The notes: generated from the sequence alone by a model not told the origin. Numbered from the stretch's first letter, positions 1-37,428 are shown. The stretch: 64,000 bases of DNA from Amoebidium appalachense (GCA_963693365.1 CAVNZM010000001.1:10132161-10196160); one strand, 5' to 3'. Made by a program: numbers and translations.

Positions 1-44
1 GCGTGCGTGCGTGCGTGCGTGTGTGTGTGTGTGTGCGTGCGTGC

Positions 45-79
<35 letters not shown>

Positions 80-501
80 TGTTTGTGTGTGTGTGTGTGT
101 GTGTGTATGTGGTTGGTGTGTGTGTGTGTGGGTGTGTGTGTGCACGTGTGCGTGCTTGCCTGTGGGGGCAATTCTCCTTGTAACAGTTCTTTTTTTTTTT
201 TTTTTTTTTGGGGGGGGGAGGGGGGGGGGATGAGAGAAGGGGTCAGAACGTGTTATAAAATACGCAGCAAACAATGTTCATGGACAACACAATAAAAAAT
301 GCAAAGCACAAATAAAGAGATGCATAATACACTAAGCCAACCATCGGGAGGGTAAGGTTGAGGGTGAGGTAAGAAAGAAGCGGAGGGCGCGGGGGTTAGA
401 ATGCGTTACGGGTGGGTGGCAAGAGGGACGGCTGGAGGTGGGGGTGGGGGGTTGGAAGGGGGGCGGAGGGGGGGGGGTTGGAGAAAGGGGCGGCCTTGGG
501 A

Positions 502-591
<90 letters not shown>

Positions 592-737
592 TGTGCCCGT
601 GAGCATTGGAAACCGTAGGTGTGAGCAAGCGCAAGTTCGTTTGTGTCTGTGTGTGTGTTTGTGTGAGTGTTGGTGTGTGTGTGTTGGGGGGGGGGGGGGG
701 GGGGGGGGAGGGGGGGGAGAGGGGGGGTGGGACGTAC

Positions 738-4158
<3,421 letters not shown>

Positions 4159-4646
4159 CCTGTTAACAGCTATCTAGCCTATAGACGTCCATACAGCAGG
4201 GTAAAGTAGGTGCGGTACTATTATTTTCTCAATAACGGACCTGCTGTGTGCCTGAATACACGACACTCCCTCTATCAACACGGAGCACACTGTTTGGGGA
4301 AGGCTGGGAAATTCTAACTTTTCTCCAATATTATGGCTGATATCATGCCTGGATCATAAAAAAAAACCGTCGCTTTTCCCTTATTATTCTCACTTGACTG
4401 CTCACACATGTATTAATATAGTGAGACAAGGATGTTTTGAGGTTTTTCTTTTGCTTTCGAATCATGACCAGGTGTTCGGTGGTTGAGGCTGGTGCGAGCC
4501 TTCTTGTAGCCGTTTCAGCTGGGACGATCTGATTGGTGTAAGGCGCACCGAGGGGGGCAAAAAAATGGCATCAAACCTGCATGCATCGCCGCCGCGCGGA
4601 CGCGTACTGAGCGGCAAGCTGATCCTGCCTGATCATGGGTCCTGAC

Positions 4647-8426
<3,780 letters not shown>

Positions 8427-8436
8427 GTCCTGACGG

Positions 8437-8500
8437 ACACATGTCGTACCCCCCATGTCTGGGGGGTTTTTTTATCTCGTGAATAATGCAATCGCTTGCA
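8437..8500 (+). mobile_element. Solo/truncated terminal repeat of the 9284-10045 MITE family
   Basis: ACACATGTCGTACCCCC...TTTTTTATCTCGTGAATAATGCAATCGCTTGCA is nearly identical to 9284-9343. Confidence 0.8.
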
Positions 8501-9283
8501 GGTAGGGGCCTGGGGACTGGCCCGGGGAGAGGATGGGAGGGGACGTCATGGGGACGTCATCCCGCCAATTTCAGGCCCACGCATAGCTTCAGCGTTTCAA
8601 CATAGGCCACACGATATAAACCAACGCACGTCACAGCAACAAACCTACATATGCTTCTCCATTCTATTCAACCGTGCCCAAGATCCCTCCCTCCCTCCCG
8701 TGTTAGGCCTCCCCTTCCCCTCCCCTCAACCTTCTCCCTCCCTCTCCCGCCCGCCCCTCCCCCGTGCCCTGCCCTCCTCCCGAGCCATACCACCACAATC
8801 ACCACCATCACAACCCACGAATCCATCCCAAGCCCGTGCACTTCCCTCCTCCCTCGCCTGAGAACCATATATTGCTAACATAAGCTTAAAGTTAGGTAAG
8901 GATATCATATTATAAGGCTCGTGGCGTTGAGCAGGCAAACACTTTCTCGACGATTAGGGGGATTTCGCTAGAAGCCTCCGTGACATACGTACGCATGACT
9001 GGATTTTTATTAACAGAAAACGGGGCAACCTCTGTCTGTTATCGTATATATAGGTATACTTAGGCTACTAGGAAACTAAGTTTGGAGAAAACTCGAGTTT
9101 TGCCGTACGACGGTCACTCGGTAGACTTCGACTTCGAATCGATGTTGGACCGCCGTGTGACGTCATTCTTTTGTTTAGTCTGCTGAAGGACCGTCGTTGT
9201 CATTGGATAAATTTGGCGGTTTCCATGATTTGAATGACCTTTGCCCAATTGCCTAATCCTATGTGTGAATTCAAGCCCCTTGG

Positions 9284-10045
9284 ACACATGTCGTACCCCC
9301 TTCCGGGGGGTTTTTTATCTCGTGAATAATGCAATCGCTTGCATCCAGCCCAATCGCATTTCGATCGAAGCGCCCCGACCCCTTGCACTAGCCACTAGCC
9401 CCATATTCGCGCAACCCGGCATCCAATTTGGCTGCGGTGCGGCTGCGCAAGGCTACATTTTGCCAGACCCGGCCCGATTACAGAAAGAGCAGTTTGTACC
9501 GTAAAGCTAAATCTGCATGTGCATGTATACTGCAAAAATGTGCAAGGCTTTATTTTTGCTTTGATCAGATGACAAGGCTGCTTTCTTGAAGACACGCCCA
9601 GGTGCATACGCCTCGTCGTGGTCATAATCTTCCGATATATCAATCCCAGAAGCGGGGGCTGACTCTTTAACGCGATTTTCATTGGCTGTAGCGTGATTAG
9701 ACGACACACTTGCATATGACTTCTGCAAGAAGCCGGAGTTGCGACACGCATAGAGGAATTCGTTATCCTCCGGCTGTAAATAACACTTTTGCCTATGCTC
9801 CATCAAGAATATTGTTACATGTAGCCGATAAAATATCCACATGATCCAGCAAAAGCCGGTAAAAAAGAAGACTTGGGTCTGGCAAAATGTAGCCTTGCGC
9901 AGCCGCACCGCTGCAAAATTGGATGCCGGGTCGCGCGAATATGGGGCTGGGGCGCTTCGATCGAAATGCGATCGGGTTGGATGCAAGCGATTACATTATT
10001 CACGAGATAAAAAAAAACCCCGGAAGTGGGGGGTACGACATGTGT
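9284..10045. mobile_element. 762-bp MITE with ~170-190-bp terminal inverted repeats
   Basis: Left arm 9284-~9470 (ACACATGTCGTACCCCC...GGCTACATTTTGCCAGACCC) is the reverse complement of the right arm ~9875-10045. Flanked by direct repeat TTGG at 9280-9283 and 10046-10049. No coding capacity. Confidence 0.85.
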
Positions 10046-10830
10046 TTGGCGCCTGAGCGTTATTCTGCTAAACCAATCAGTTAGACCCCAAAGTCATGAC
10101 TAGCAGCCGCATGTCCAAGCGTGGAAAACAACTACCAATCGCTGGTGTCCATTTCCGTAGGGGTGTCGGGAAAAATAAGAAACGGTTGCGATTGAGGCCT
10201 CGCAAAGGCCATTAGGCATATTCGCTACAAATTTGTTGTTATTTTTTACACCGTGTCATAAAATCCTTGTATTTTGGAGGGGCTGACATTTTTTGAGGTT
10301 TGCATCCTATGAAAGTAAGTGGTAGAAAGGGTAACGCGGTTCGCAGTACGCCATCGCTTATCTTTTCCCTCATACCTACCCTTGATCAGATTCGCAAACT
10401 CAAGTTTCTGAATTCAACACACAAAATCTTCTTGTTGTTTGACAAACTCTCGAATTAGGCAAAAATTTTAGTTTTCCGAGGTATATCAGCTCTTTTATGG
10501 TTTTTATGAAATATATATTCATCCAGTCAACGAAATTTGGCCTAAATACTACATAATGTTTTAGACTTATAAAGTCTTATTTTTATGAAGCAAAAGGGGT
10601 CTGGTGTCTGTCGTGGTTAGGGTGAAACATGCAACAATACGATTGGTTGAACAATTTTTCTGTAGGAAAATCTTGCTCATGAGCAAAAACAACAGCTCAT
10701 GAACGAACTTTGATTTTTTCTGCCAGTCTTACGCTTGGCTCTCTTCCCCTTGGCAACTCCCTGAAATAAGAGTGCGTGCACTCGAATTTTACCTCAATTC
10801 TCTTTCTTCGCTCTCGTTTTTATAGCAAAC

Positions 10831-12835
10831 ATGGCGGACACTAACACAACAACAGCCCCTGTCGAGATACAGCAGGCTCCTCCTGTTTCCCCCGTCCCCT
10901 CCTCCTCTTCCATTTCTGTTCCCTCTCCCGTTCCCTCCCCTATGGTGGAAAGAACAGCTGAAGGAACGAGAGTCCTCGTCAAGAAGTTAGACACAGGCAA
11001 CATGGACCCCTCAAAAACGACAGAAAAGAAGAGCGTGCCAGTTTATGTTATGATGGCACTGGATCCCACACTCAACGACCACATCCGCTGGCAGCTTACT
11101 CGTCTGAATGAGCTGAAGGCTGACGGTGTCATGTTCGATGTATGGTGGGGATGGTGTGAGCCCAAGCCCCAGGAGTATGATTTCCAGCGCTATGTCGACA
11201 TAATGAAGTTTTGCCAGCAGCAGGGGCTTAAGTGTCAAGCGGTTATGTCGTTCCATGCTTGTGGTGGTAACGTCGGTGACAGTGTGAACGTTCCCATTCC
11301 CCAGTGGGTCCATGACCTGGAGGCCACCGTGCCTGAACTCTACTACAAAGACCAGGAGGGCAGGGTAGGTTCGGAATGTCCACGAGTACTGTGTTTGGAG
11401 ATTTATGTGCAGGTTTCCAATGCAGCTACTTCACGGCCCTGAGATTGTGTAGCCGTAGTGTTGAGCTACTTCTCGAAGGCAGCTCTGTCTTAAGCTTAAG
11501 CAGGTGGGCCTTTTGTCAATTGGCTCTTGAAAGAACGTTTCTGTTGTTCTAGCTCTGTTTTCAAGCCAGTCTCCCCCCCCTCCTCCCCCCTTCCCCTCCC
11601 CTCTTCCCCTTGCTGGCCATAAACACACACACACACACTCACACATCACACTCTCACACCTACACACAGTTATCAGACTTACTTTAACTTAAAAAGATAG
11701 GTCACTAAATCTTTGTTTCTCATGCACAACAGGTCAACAAGGAGTACATCTCACTCAGCTGTGACACCCTGCCGGTGTTCCCGAGCAAGGAGGGGCCAGG
11801 CAAGCGCACTGCCGTCGACTGCTACCGCGACTACATGGCTGCTTTCCGTGACGCATCACTCGAGTTTCTGGAAGATGGGACGTTGGTCGAGATCCAAGTG
11901 GGCCAAGGCCCCTGCGGCGAGCTGCGCTATCCCGCGTACCCCCTCTCCATGGGATGGAACTACCCCAACGTCGGTGGTTTTCAATGCTATGATGCTGGCA
12001 TGCTGCGGGACTTGAAGGAGAAGCTGAATCGTGAGGTGGGTTTCTGCTTTTTTTCTGATTGTTCTGTTCGTGTTTGTCCTCTAGTAGTTCTTAATAGAAA
12101 CAACAAGCTTCTTGGATCTGTAGGCAGGACTTGGGGGAGGGCTTTTGGCAACCAGTGGCCAGAAACGGGGGAAAGGAGGGAGGGGGGAGGGGGCAGGTGG
12201 GCAAGCAGCTATCAAAAGTACCGTGATCGTTTTATACAGGTACAGCCAGGTGGACAATCTAGAAATGGTCCTTATTGAAAAGAGTGGGTCGGGGTAATAA
12301 AGAGTTGGTGTGTGGGGGTTTGGTGGGGGGGGGGGGGGGGGGGGGGGAGGTGGGGATGGGAAGAAAAGCAAAGAGGGTGTCATAGTAGCACAACGATACG
12401 GTATCCCAATAGCTCACACAAACACCACGCTATGCAGCCCCCCAAGAACGTAGGCAACTTCAACCTTCACCCGGACGAGAGCGAGTTCTTCAGCCGCAGC
12501 TCGAACCCCACTGACGATGACGACAACTTCCGGTCCCTGACGGGGGCCAAGTTCATTGAGTGGTACGGCAGCACCCTGATCCATCACGGTGCCAGGGTTA
12601 TTGGTGCTGCCCGTGAGGTCTTCCCCGTCGGAAAGTACAAGGTATGCCTTCACCCCCACATGGGAAAAGGCTAGGAGCCAACCATGTTCTTTTGCAGAGT
12701 TCATTATCATTCCCCCTCCCCCCCCGGCCCATTCCCTCAGGGGATGGTTCTCTTTGTTTCCGAGTATTTTCCATGTGATTTGTACCATGCACATTCAGTG
12801 TCTTGGCTTCTGGGCTACGTTTTTCCCCTTCTAAT

Positions 12836-12898
<63 letters not shown>

Positions 12899-13322
12899 AC
12901 CACAAAAAAAAAAAAAAAAAAAAAAAAAAAAACACTCCACTCCCTAAAAAAACCCCTCCCTTTCTCCACCACCACCACCATCACCATCAATTAACCCACT
13001 TTAGCCCCTCATCTCTTTCTATTCCCCGAAGGCCAGCATCACCTCGTTATTGCATTCATATGTAACCTTGATATAAGTTGCGTCTTTGACCCCCAACTCA
13101 CTTTTTCCATGTCCCCAGGCCAAGGTAGCCGGTAAGGTGCCGGGGATCCACTGGCTCAATGCACACCCGTCGCATGCTGCCGAGGTGACTGCCGGGCTGG
13201 TTGGGCGCTACCTTGAGAACATCTGCGCTATGCTGGCCCCGTTCGATGCCATGCTGGACTTCACATGCCTCGAGATGGAAACCTCCCATCAGGTAAATGG
13301 CCATCTGCAAACAACCCCCCCC

Positions 13323-13386
<64 letters not shown>

Positions 13387-14241
13387 GAAAGGGAGAGAGA
13401 GATGCACACGTGTACACACATACACGCACACAAACACACCTGTGCGCGCATTTGCTTAGACACACTCAACCTCCCCCCTCTCTCTCTCCCTCTGTGTGTG
13501 TGTGTGGCCCTCCCCTTTGTTTTTGCAGCTTCCCCCCCCCCCTCCCCCCCCCCCCCCCCCCCACCACCACCACCACCACCACCACACGCACACACACACC
13601 CCACCAAACGAACCAATTACCGACCCCACACCACAACCCCAACTGGGTGCCTTTCACCTCTCCATATGACCCACGCAAAAGCATCCAACCAAAGCCTACC
13701 CAGTGTGGAGAAAAGGGGCGGGGGGAAGGGAGAGGAGGGGGGGGGGGGGGGGGGGGGGGGGTGTCAACCACCGCCACCGCCACCCCACCCTGTCCCACCA
13801 GGTCACCCTTTAGATTGACTCTCTCAAAACGTGGCAAATGCACCGTCTGCATTTCTTCGCTTCAGTTTGTGGCTTTCTCTCTCCCTGCACAATCATCATC
13901 TACCCGACGCCCTACTCCGTCTCGTTCCCATGGCATTCTTCCGTGCCCTGCCCCTCCCCCCTCCCCCCTCCCCCGCCCCTCGGCCACCGCCACCCATTCC
14001 TTTTACCCTTCTGCCCATGCACATTCAATGTGTGCATATAACCCTTCCTTCCTTCTCTGCTAACCTTACACCCGGTTCCCCCCCCCCCCCTACCCCCCCC
14101 CCCCCCCCCCCCCCCTCTCATTCCAATGCGGGGGTCTCGTATGAACCCCTACATGAAGCAAAACACACACGATGAATTCTACAGTGTTTCCCATGCCCAT
14201 GCCCTTTTCTTGTCTCTGAATAGGCACATCCCCCCCCCCCC

Positions 14242-14272
<31 letters not shown>

Positions 14273-15277
14273 ACACACCTCCCCCCTCCCCCCCCCCCCC
14301 CCCCCCCCCCCCAACCTCCCCTCCCTCCACACACACACACACACACACCACAATTATTACTCATCCCCCCCTCCCCCCTCCCCCCCCCCCCCCCCCCCCC
14401 CCCCAACCTCCACCCCCACCCCCACCCCTTCCCCCTTTCCTGTTGTCCCCCTTTCCTTCACTCGCCCCCACAAGTAGTACGGACAAAACACCGAGGCTCT
14501 TTCAAATGTTGTGTCCTTGTCTGTGCTTGATCGAGAACCATAAACCTGCATAAACACCCATCCTACGATCCCGCACACACATACACAAACGCGCACACAC
14601 ACACGCACAGGCACACATCCTTCATTTACCCCCTTTACAAAGACACGAAACCCGTCACTCACTCTGCTCTTTCACCCGCACAGGCCCCAGACGCCAGCAG
14701 CCGCCCCGAGCGTCTCGTTGCCGAGGCCATGCACTCCGCCTCCGACCACAACATCCGCTTCGCCGCCGAAAACGCCCTCCCCGTGTGGAGCGACGAAGGG
14801 TTCAACCAAATCGTGCGCCAGCTCGCGTTCGGCCTGAAGGAGATCGAAGCTGCCGTCCACGGTTTTACCCTCCTCCGCCTGGTGGACGAGTTGGTCGAGC
14901 CAAACAACCCTCTCTGTGGGGCGTTCTCGCGTTTCGTCTCCAACATGCGCAATATTGGCGACTTCCAAGTGGAGTATGACTGTGCGTGCCCCAACTGCAT
15001 TCTGTTGCAGCTCCCCGAGATGCCCGACATTTCCTCGGAGAAATCGTGGAAGCCCGTGGCAGTGAACGTTAAGGAGGATGAGCCGGCCGCTGATGGGGAC
15101 AAGAAGAGTGACAGTAACGAGGATGACGATGACGAAAGCGACGAGGAGTACAACAGCGAGTTTGGGGACTCCGTGCCTGACCTCGATAACAGAGCGGATA
15201 GTATCCTGGTCACCCAGCGCCCGGCAGCTAAGAAGAAGGGGAAGAAGGCGCTCGTGCGCATGTCTACTGCCTCCTAA
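10831..15277 (+). CDS. Beta-amylase (glycoside hydrolase family 14), ~602 aa, 5 exons
   Basis: Exons 10831-11364, 11733-12035, 12438-12641, 13119-13292, 14684-15277, all phase 0 and GT-AG. GH14 motifs: VPVYVM, DGVMFDVWWG, SFHACGGNVGD, EYISL, GPCGELRYP (catalytic Glu), KVPGIHW, SHAAEVTAG, FTCLEM, AENAL (second catalytic Glu). Confidence 0.95.
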
Positions 15278-16018
15278 TTAAGCCGAAAAAGAAAGTTGAT
15301 TTGCTTGATTGACGAGAGTACTTGTAAGCAATATCCGAGCTGGATATATAGACACACAAGGGACAGGGGGTTTGGATGTCAACTATAGCCATGCAGGAAT
15401 GTGTCTGTCGCTTTTTCTTTGTTTTATTCAACGGTTTTCCCTTGTATTGATTTTTTCTTCATGCTCAACAAATGACTCACCTTCACGTCACTTCAATTTC
15501 TTGATGTTGCAGAGAGAAAACATGTTTCATCTTTCTAAATTTTGTGATGCTGTTTTCCACCAGCAGGAAATGCAGTCTTTGTAAGATCTCCACGTTGCTA
15601 ATGTGGTTTAATTTAAAATCTGGATGTATTGAAAATAAAATAGAGGCCGACTTTCTGTTTTGGTCGTGTCTTGCATGTGCACGGTGCATCTGATCACGGT
15701 AACACACTCACCTAAGGCTGCCCAATGGCACTCACAACCCCTCCCTTCTAGTGGCACGTGCTTAGCCCCCCCCCCCCCCCACACACACACACACAAACCC
15801 CCTTTCCGGCCCGGAGGGTGTGCTTTGCTTATGTTGCATACTGTGATGGACGATGTTTGCCTTCGCATTTGCATGTGTTCTGTACAGCTTTTTCTCATGT
15901 GCTCTATTGTGTTTCCTGTTGTTCCGTTAGCCACAATGGCATCCTTTTCCACCACAATCCTCATCCGCCTATCTTCTTCCCGTCACCCTAAGCAACACTT
16001 GACCATCGATATCATTAA

Positions 16019-16274
16019 GGGGTTTAAGCTGTTTACTCGAGGCAAAGAGAGACCAGTCTCAGGTATGGGGGTTTTTGCTCGAAATATCCCCTCAGCGGTA
16101 TATCATGATCACGTACATAGATGTCGGGTGATGACTATATATCAGGCCGGTTTACTTTCTCTACGAGACACCATAAAGACTAAGAAAAATCAATTAGTTG
16201 GGGTTCCCCGTTTTTTTTTTTTTTTTTTTTTTTTTTGGGGGGGGGGCTCCCCTGGGACACTCGGTATCAGCTGG

Positions 16275-16321
<47 letters not shown>

Positions 16322-17201
16322 CGCTAGAATTTTGTAGTGATGTGTTTCTCAAGCCAATCAATACATCTAATAAACAGGTCGTAGTTACGCGTGTTTAGTA
16401 TAAAATCAAGGATGCTGTAATTTACAGGTAGGCTATCTTTCTGGGTGTCTGTTGTGAATGTGACGTGTGTGTGTTGCGGTATTATCATAGGTCTATCAAA
16501 CTACATTTGGCGATACATGACCGTTTCAACTGGTGTGTGTGTGTGTTGTTTGGGCATGCAAACGATGCCACCTTATACTTATTAGATCTCCACTGTATAG
16601 CACGTGTACAGTAAAAGCGTGGTAATTGATCAATAATGCCATCAGCTAGAGAAAGACCAGTTCTACAGGAAGGTAATATGTATTTAAATTTAGGTGTTAT
16701 ACATTTGCGAGTGCCATATTTGGCAATATGGTTGAGGCGGTCAGTATATATAAAACGAGACATAAGGCTTAGTTTTTCAAGGTGTCTGCTTTCATCGGGT
16801 CTATTGTCGTGTGGTATCTTTTTCCATTTGTTATATTGCGTGATTATCTTGTGATTGTGCACATGTTTAATAAGTAAGTGGCAGTCCAAAGTCACACACA
16901 CACTTTTGCGGGGTTTATTTGTATTTGTGCCCGGGGGAGAAAGGGAGAGAGAAGGAAGGAAAGAGGGGAGAGGTGAGGAGGGGACAGGTCGGATAGAGAA
17001 GAGAGGGTGGGAGGGCAACTACTTCTTTTAAGCGGCTTATGTGCTTATTGAATTTCAGCGCGAGATAGGATACTCTAGCTGGACCAGACCATATATCGAG
17101 AGCGTTACAGGCCCAGGTTTACAACAGTTGTTAGATAGAAAGGAGGCAACTTCTGCTTCAAGGAAATTTGCCAAGGGTTTAAGCGCTCTAGTTCTCTCTT
17201 T
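16019..17201 (-). mobile_element. LINE family A, 5'-truncated frameshifted copy
   Basis: Near-identical to 4966-6182, with small indels (near 17030 and 17080) that break the ORF; same 3' terminus. Confidence 0.9.
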
Positions 17202-18473
17202 AACTTCTTTCTTTTAACACGCGTACTTGACTACCTTATGAGATCACTGCTCAACTCTGTTTTTCATACCTGTGTACCCACATCACACACACAATACCAC
17301 CCTCCCAAGGAGTCTTTTTTTTCCCCCTTCTGTTTTTGTGTGGTCCGGTTTGCATGGTCTCGGTTATGTTGTGTGTAGTAAACTGATTAGTGTGCCCGGT
17401 TTTTTGGTTGGCTATGTGCCCGGGTGGTAGTTACTAAAACAAACCGAAGTTCATATGTATTAAGATGTACATATCCATGCATATGGGGCACATGTTGTGT
17501 TTCCGGACTGGCCGGAGGGAGCAGCCAATAAAGTGCAATGATCCCTGTGTCAGCAGCGCCCCCCCCCCCCCCCCCCCCTCCCCTCCCCCCCCCCCCCCCC
17601 CCCGTGCAACTGCATGCAACCCCTCGGTCCACCCTCCTCTAACCCCTGCCGAAATTTTGGAACAACTGCGATTCTTTTTCAGAAGAGCCCGATTATGGCC
17701 GTGATCCAAGCCGCAGGCAGCAGCAGCTGCAGTGTCCCGAGGCTGTGGTACAGGAGCGGGTTTGGCAAGGTCAATTGCAACACACTCAATCCACCCAAAA
17801 TGATGTATATGTAGTTGAATAATCTTGCTAATAAAACAATATAAAACAATAAAAAAAGTAGGAATAGAAAAGGCCACATATTAAAACAATAAAAAAGGTA
17901 GGAATATATGTAAGTCAGACGGTACTCTAATTAGGTGTTTTGTTTTTTCCAGTTGCACTTTTTTTGGCGCGAAATGGGGGATTACGTAACAGGCCTCAAT
18001 GTAAAACTGCCTTACGTAAGAAAGCGAAGTTCGATTGGTTTACACGACACCATGCTGCCGCTCTGTGTACCAGCGATCACAGTGTGTACACGTGCGCTCG
18101 CTGGTGCGTCGAGGCTTGGGCCAGCTGATGTAGATACATGGTGCACAATATGTATGTGGCTTGAGTTGTAGCATTTATAACAAGTTATTTACAGAAAGTA
18201 GAACTATATAAACCTCAAGCGCATGTTCTAAGTATATTTCTCAAGGAAATTAGAAGGAAGCTCAGGTTGGTGAATCGGCAGCTTTCCGTCGTTTGTCTTT
18301 GGGCAGAATTTAAGGCCTTAAATTGTACACCCGTTCCACGGAGTCCTGGAATCTCTAGACAACCCAGTTTATAGACAGCTTGTAAATCAGTGCATTAGCT
18401 ATGGTCTATCGAAGCTATCAATATAACTAGGACATACACATAGAACAAGGCGGAACACACAGCAGGTGGAAGA

Positions 18474-34916
<16,443 letters not shown>

Positions 34917-35211
34917 GGGTGGATACAATCGAGGGGCTGTGCCTACCATGCCTGCCATCGTCACTAATGTATCGATGCCATGCATATACATATCTGAGTG
35001 CAGATTTGTCCGAGGTGAAATGCTTGCTCTTCCTACCCTTACCTCTTACTTTGGCGGGGATTTTATCGTTTTTGAGGAGGTGTTATATTTTTTTAACCTG
35101 TTTTTTATTTCTTTTCCCACTCCACAAACAAACGCTGGATGATATATAGCAAGAGGATCATGCATATGGAGGTAGAATCATCGATGGTGTTAGGGTGGGT
35201 ATGTTGGGGCA

Positions 35212-35248
<37 letters not shown>

Positions 35249-35494
35249 GAAATAGAGTTATGTGTGTGCTGTGGAGCGCACGTGGTTTTGTACATAACAT
35301 TTCTGTACTAATATATTCAATGACTGTGGACATGACGTATGTGAGATCATGCCAGCGTCTATTTTTGAAGTGTACACGTGTATCATGGCAGTATGCACAC
35401 AAGTAGGTGGTTCTTGTTTGAGTGGCTCTCTTCTCAGCTTGCATTTTCTATGTTCTTTTCTGCGTTTGGGTGATGGGGACCCCGGGAGAGAAGG

Positions 35495-35533
<39 letters not shown>

Positions 35534-36492
35534 AGTGAGGTTACGATATAAGAAAGATTTATTCGTAGCTGGCCTACGGTATAAAGCTTGAGAGGGAATA
35601 AAGTCCAACTTACAATAATCAATACACCATGGCTCCTGCTTCCCATTTATTCCCATCTACACGTGTGCATTCACATGCAAGTTTTGCGCACGCGTGTGTG
35701 TTTTTCGCTCAAACATGTGTGACGCGTATGTGGAGTGAGCTCTGTTGGCAAACATGATGCGAGGCAGATCAAACGAGAAGGTCGATTTCATAATGCCATG
35801 CACACTGTTTTGCCACTTTGTATGCCAAGCGCAGGTATCGATAGCCTCATGCACACAGCGAACTTTTCCCACTCAGTTGCCAAGCGCATATCTGGCCTCA
35901 CGTGCACACCGCGCACTTTTTCCACTTTGTAGCTATAGCTGCCATGCGCAGATGGTTTCATGCACACTGCACTGCAGCACTTTTGGGGACACCACCAAAC
36001 CGCAATACACATAGCATACGGTATCAAATACAGTACCGTATCCGCACGATTCCATGTGTCTGTGTGGTGGCCACAGACCGCCGGGAGACTCAGTTCTCGC
36101 TGTTCACGCACACGTTCACAGAAATGTTACAGTAGTGCACACTGAATTTATAAATCCTGAGCACATGAGGTATATATTGCATAGATCATCAGGTTTCCTT
36201 TCAGTATACAGGAAATGTTCTTGCACCAACGCGTTATGATGGCGGACTCTAACTGAGAGCGAATCAACTGGACTATCTGAAATATATATAAGCTCACACA
36301 TGGGGTACGCATGTATATTTTTGAACACCATACATATACCCAACAGACAGACCTGCCTATGGCAGGGAAGAAAAGCTAGCTTTGTATCTCGAAAAAATGG
36401 TTTCGGAGGATATTGAGGTTAAGCCAGGTCACAAGTTTCATTCCCCCCCTCCCCCCCCACCCCCCCTCCCTCTCTTACAAACAAACACACAC

Positions 36493-36567
<75 letters not shown>

Positions 36568-37056
36568 CACACACGCACACGCACACACACACCTCCCGCC
36601 TCCCCTCCGCACTGAAAAAAAAGGCTCTATTCAAAAAGGGGGGGAAACAAGGTGCGACGGTTATCCGAGTTTTGGGCAGTTGTATGTATAGCCTTAGAGC
36701 AGTATATATACTGGCACTATCAGCGCTCACCCACGACTACTGCAATAGTTATAGCATTTAGTTACAAAAAGAGAGGTGCAGATGAAAAGAGAGAAAAACA
36801 ACAACAAAAATCACTTTCAAAAAGGGGAGAAAAAAAAACCAGGTACCGGCTCCCTCAAAAAAAGCAATTCGCCATAGAGCCTATGTAGCCCGTACTGTCC
36901 CGATTTTTCCCCCAAGGCGTCGCTCATCTCTTGTGCTCTCCTCCATTATCCGACTTCATTCGCGTTAGAAAATTCAACGCCATGACAGCATCTTCAAATA
37001 AACTGGGATCCTTGAAGTTAGCACAGTCCAAGTATGAGCGCTGCCAGTAGGTGCTT

Positions 37057-37428
37057 TCAAACACGTCCCCATGAATGAGTCCGCCTAGCTCCGTGTGGTC
37101 TCCTCCAACGGTGAGATGCTTTGCCCCACTTGATGCCGCAGTGCTTTTCATAGCACAAACCCACAATTTCTCCCGTCTGCAGGCACGCATCATACCTGTC
37201 GATATCGCACATATTTAGCCCTTTTCCTGATGAAGGGGGCTCAAGTTCCGGTTTGCGTAATGCTGCAGGGTGGCAATCCTCTATGCACGGCTTTGGATTT
37301 GAGTGATGGCGTGCGCTTTCGACGAGGCACGAGGTTACGCAATCAGAGAACGTAGTTGCGTGAATGAGAGAGGCGTTCAGGAGTATGGAGAAAAGGAGCA
37401 GGATGTAGGAAAATGCGCGCACCATCAT
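37057..37428 (-). CDS. Small secreted cysteine-rich protein (123 aa, intronless), function unknown
   Basis: Non-repetitive ORF with a hydrophobic signal-peptide-like N-terminus (MMVRAFSYILLLFSILLNASLIHA) and 8 Cys (CVTSC, CIEDC, C-x7-C, C-x4-C), followed by a basic tail. Confidence 0.6.
   Translation of the reverse strand: MMVRAFSYILLLFSILLNASLIHATTFSDCVTSCLVESARHHSNPKPCIEDCHPAALRKPELEPPSSGKGLNMCDIDRYDACLQTGEIVGLCYEKHCGIKWGKASHRWRRPHGARRTHSWGRV

Noticed and set aside
10080-10605. AT-rich segment with AGACCCC/GGGGTCT ends, TE-like
   Set aside because: Only a 7-bp inverted match with no TSD or second copy in the window.
17600-17880. GC-rich exon-like island upstream of NOL11 (MAVIQAAGSS...)
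   Set aside because: NOL11 homology starts at ATG 18474; no recognisable domain or joinable exon on either strand.
36924-37193. Second ORF overlapping the secreted-protein gene
   Set aside because: Alternative frame without recognisable motifs; the 123-aa frame preserves the Cys pattern. A spliced or frameshifted form cannot be fully excluded.
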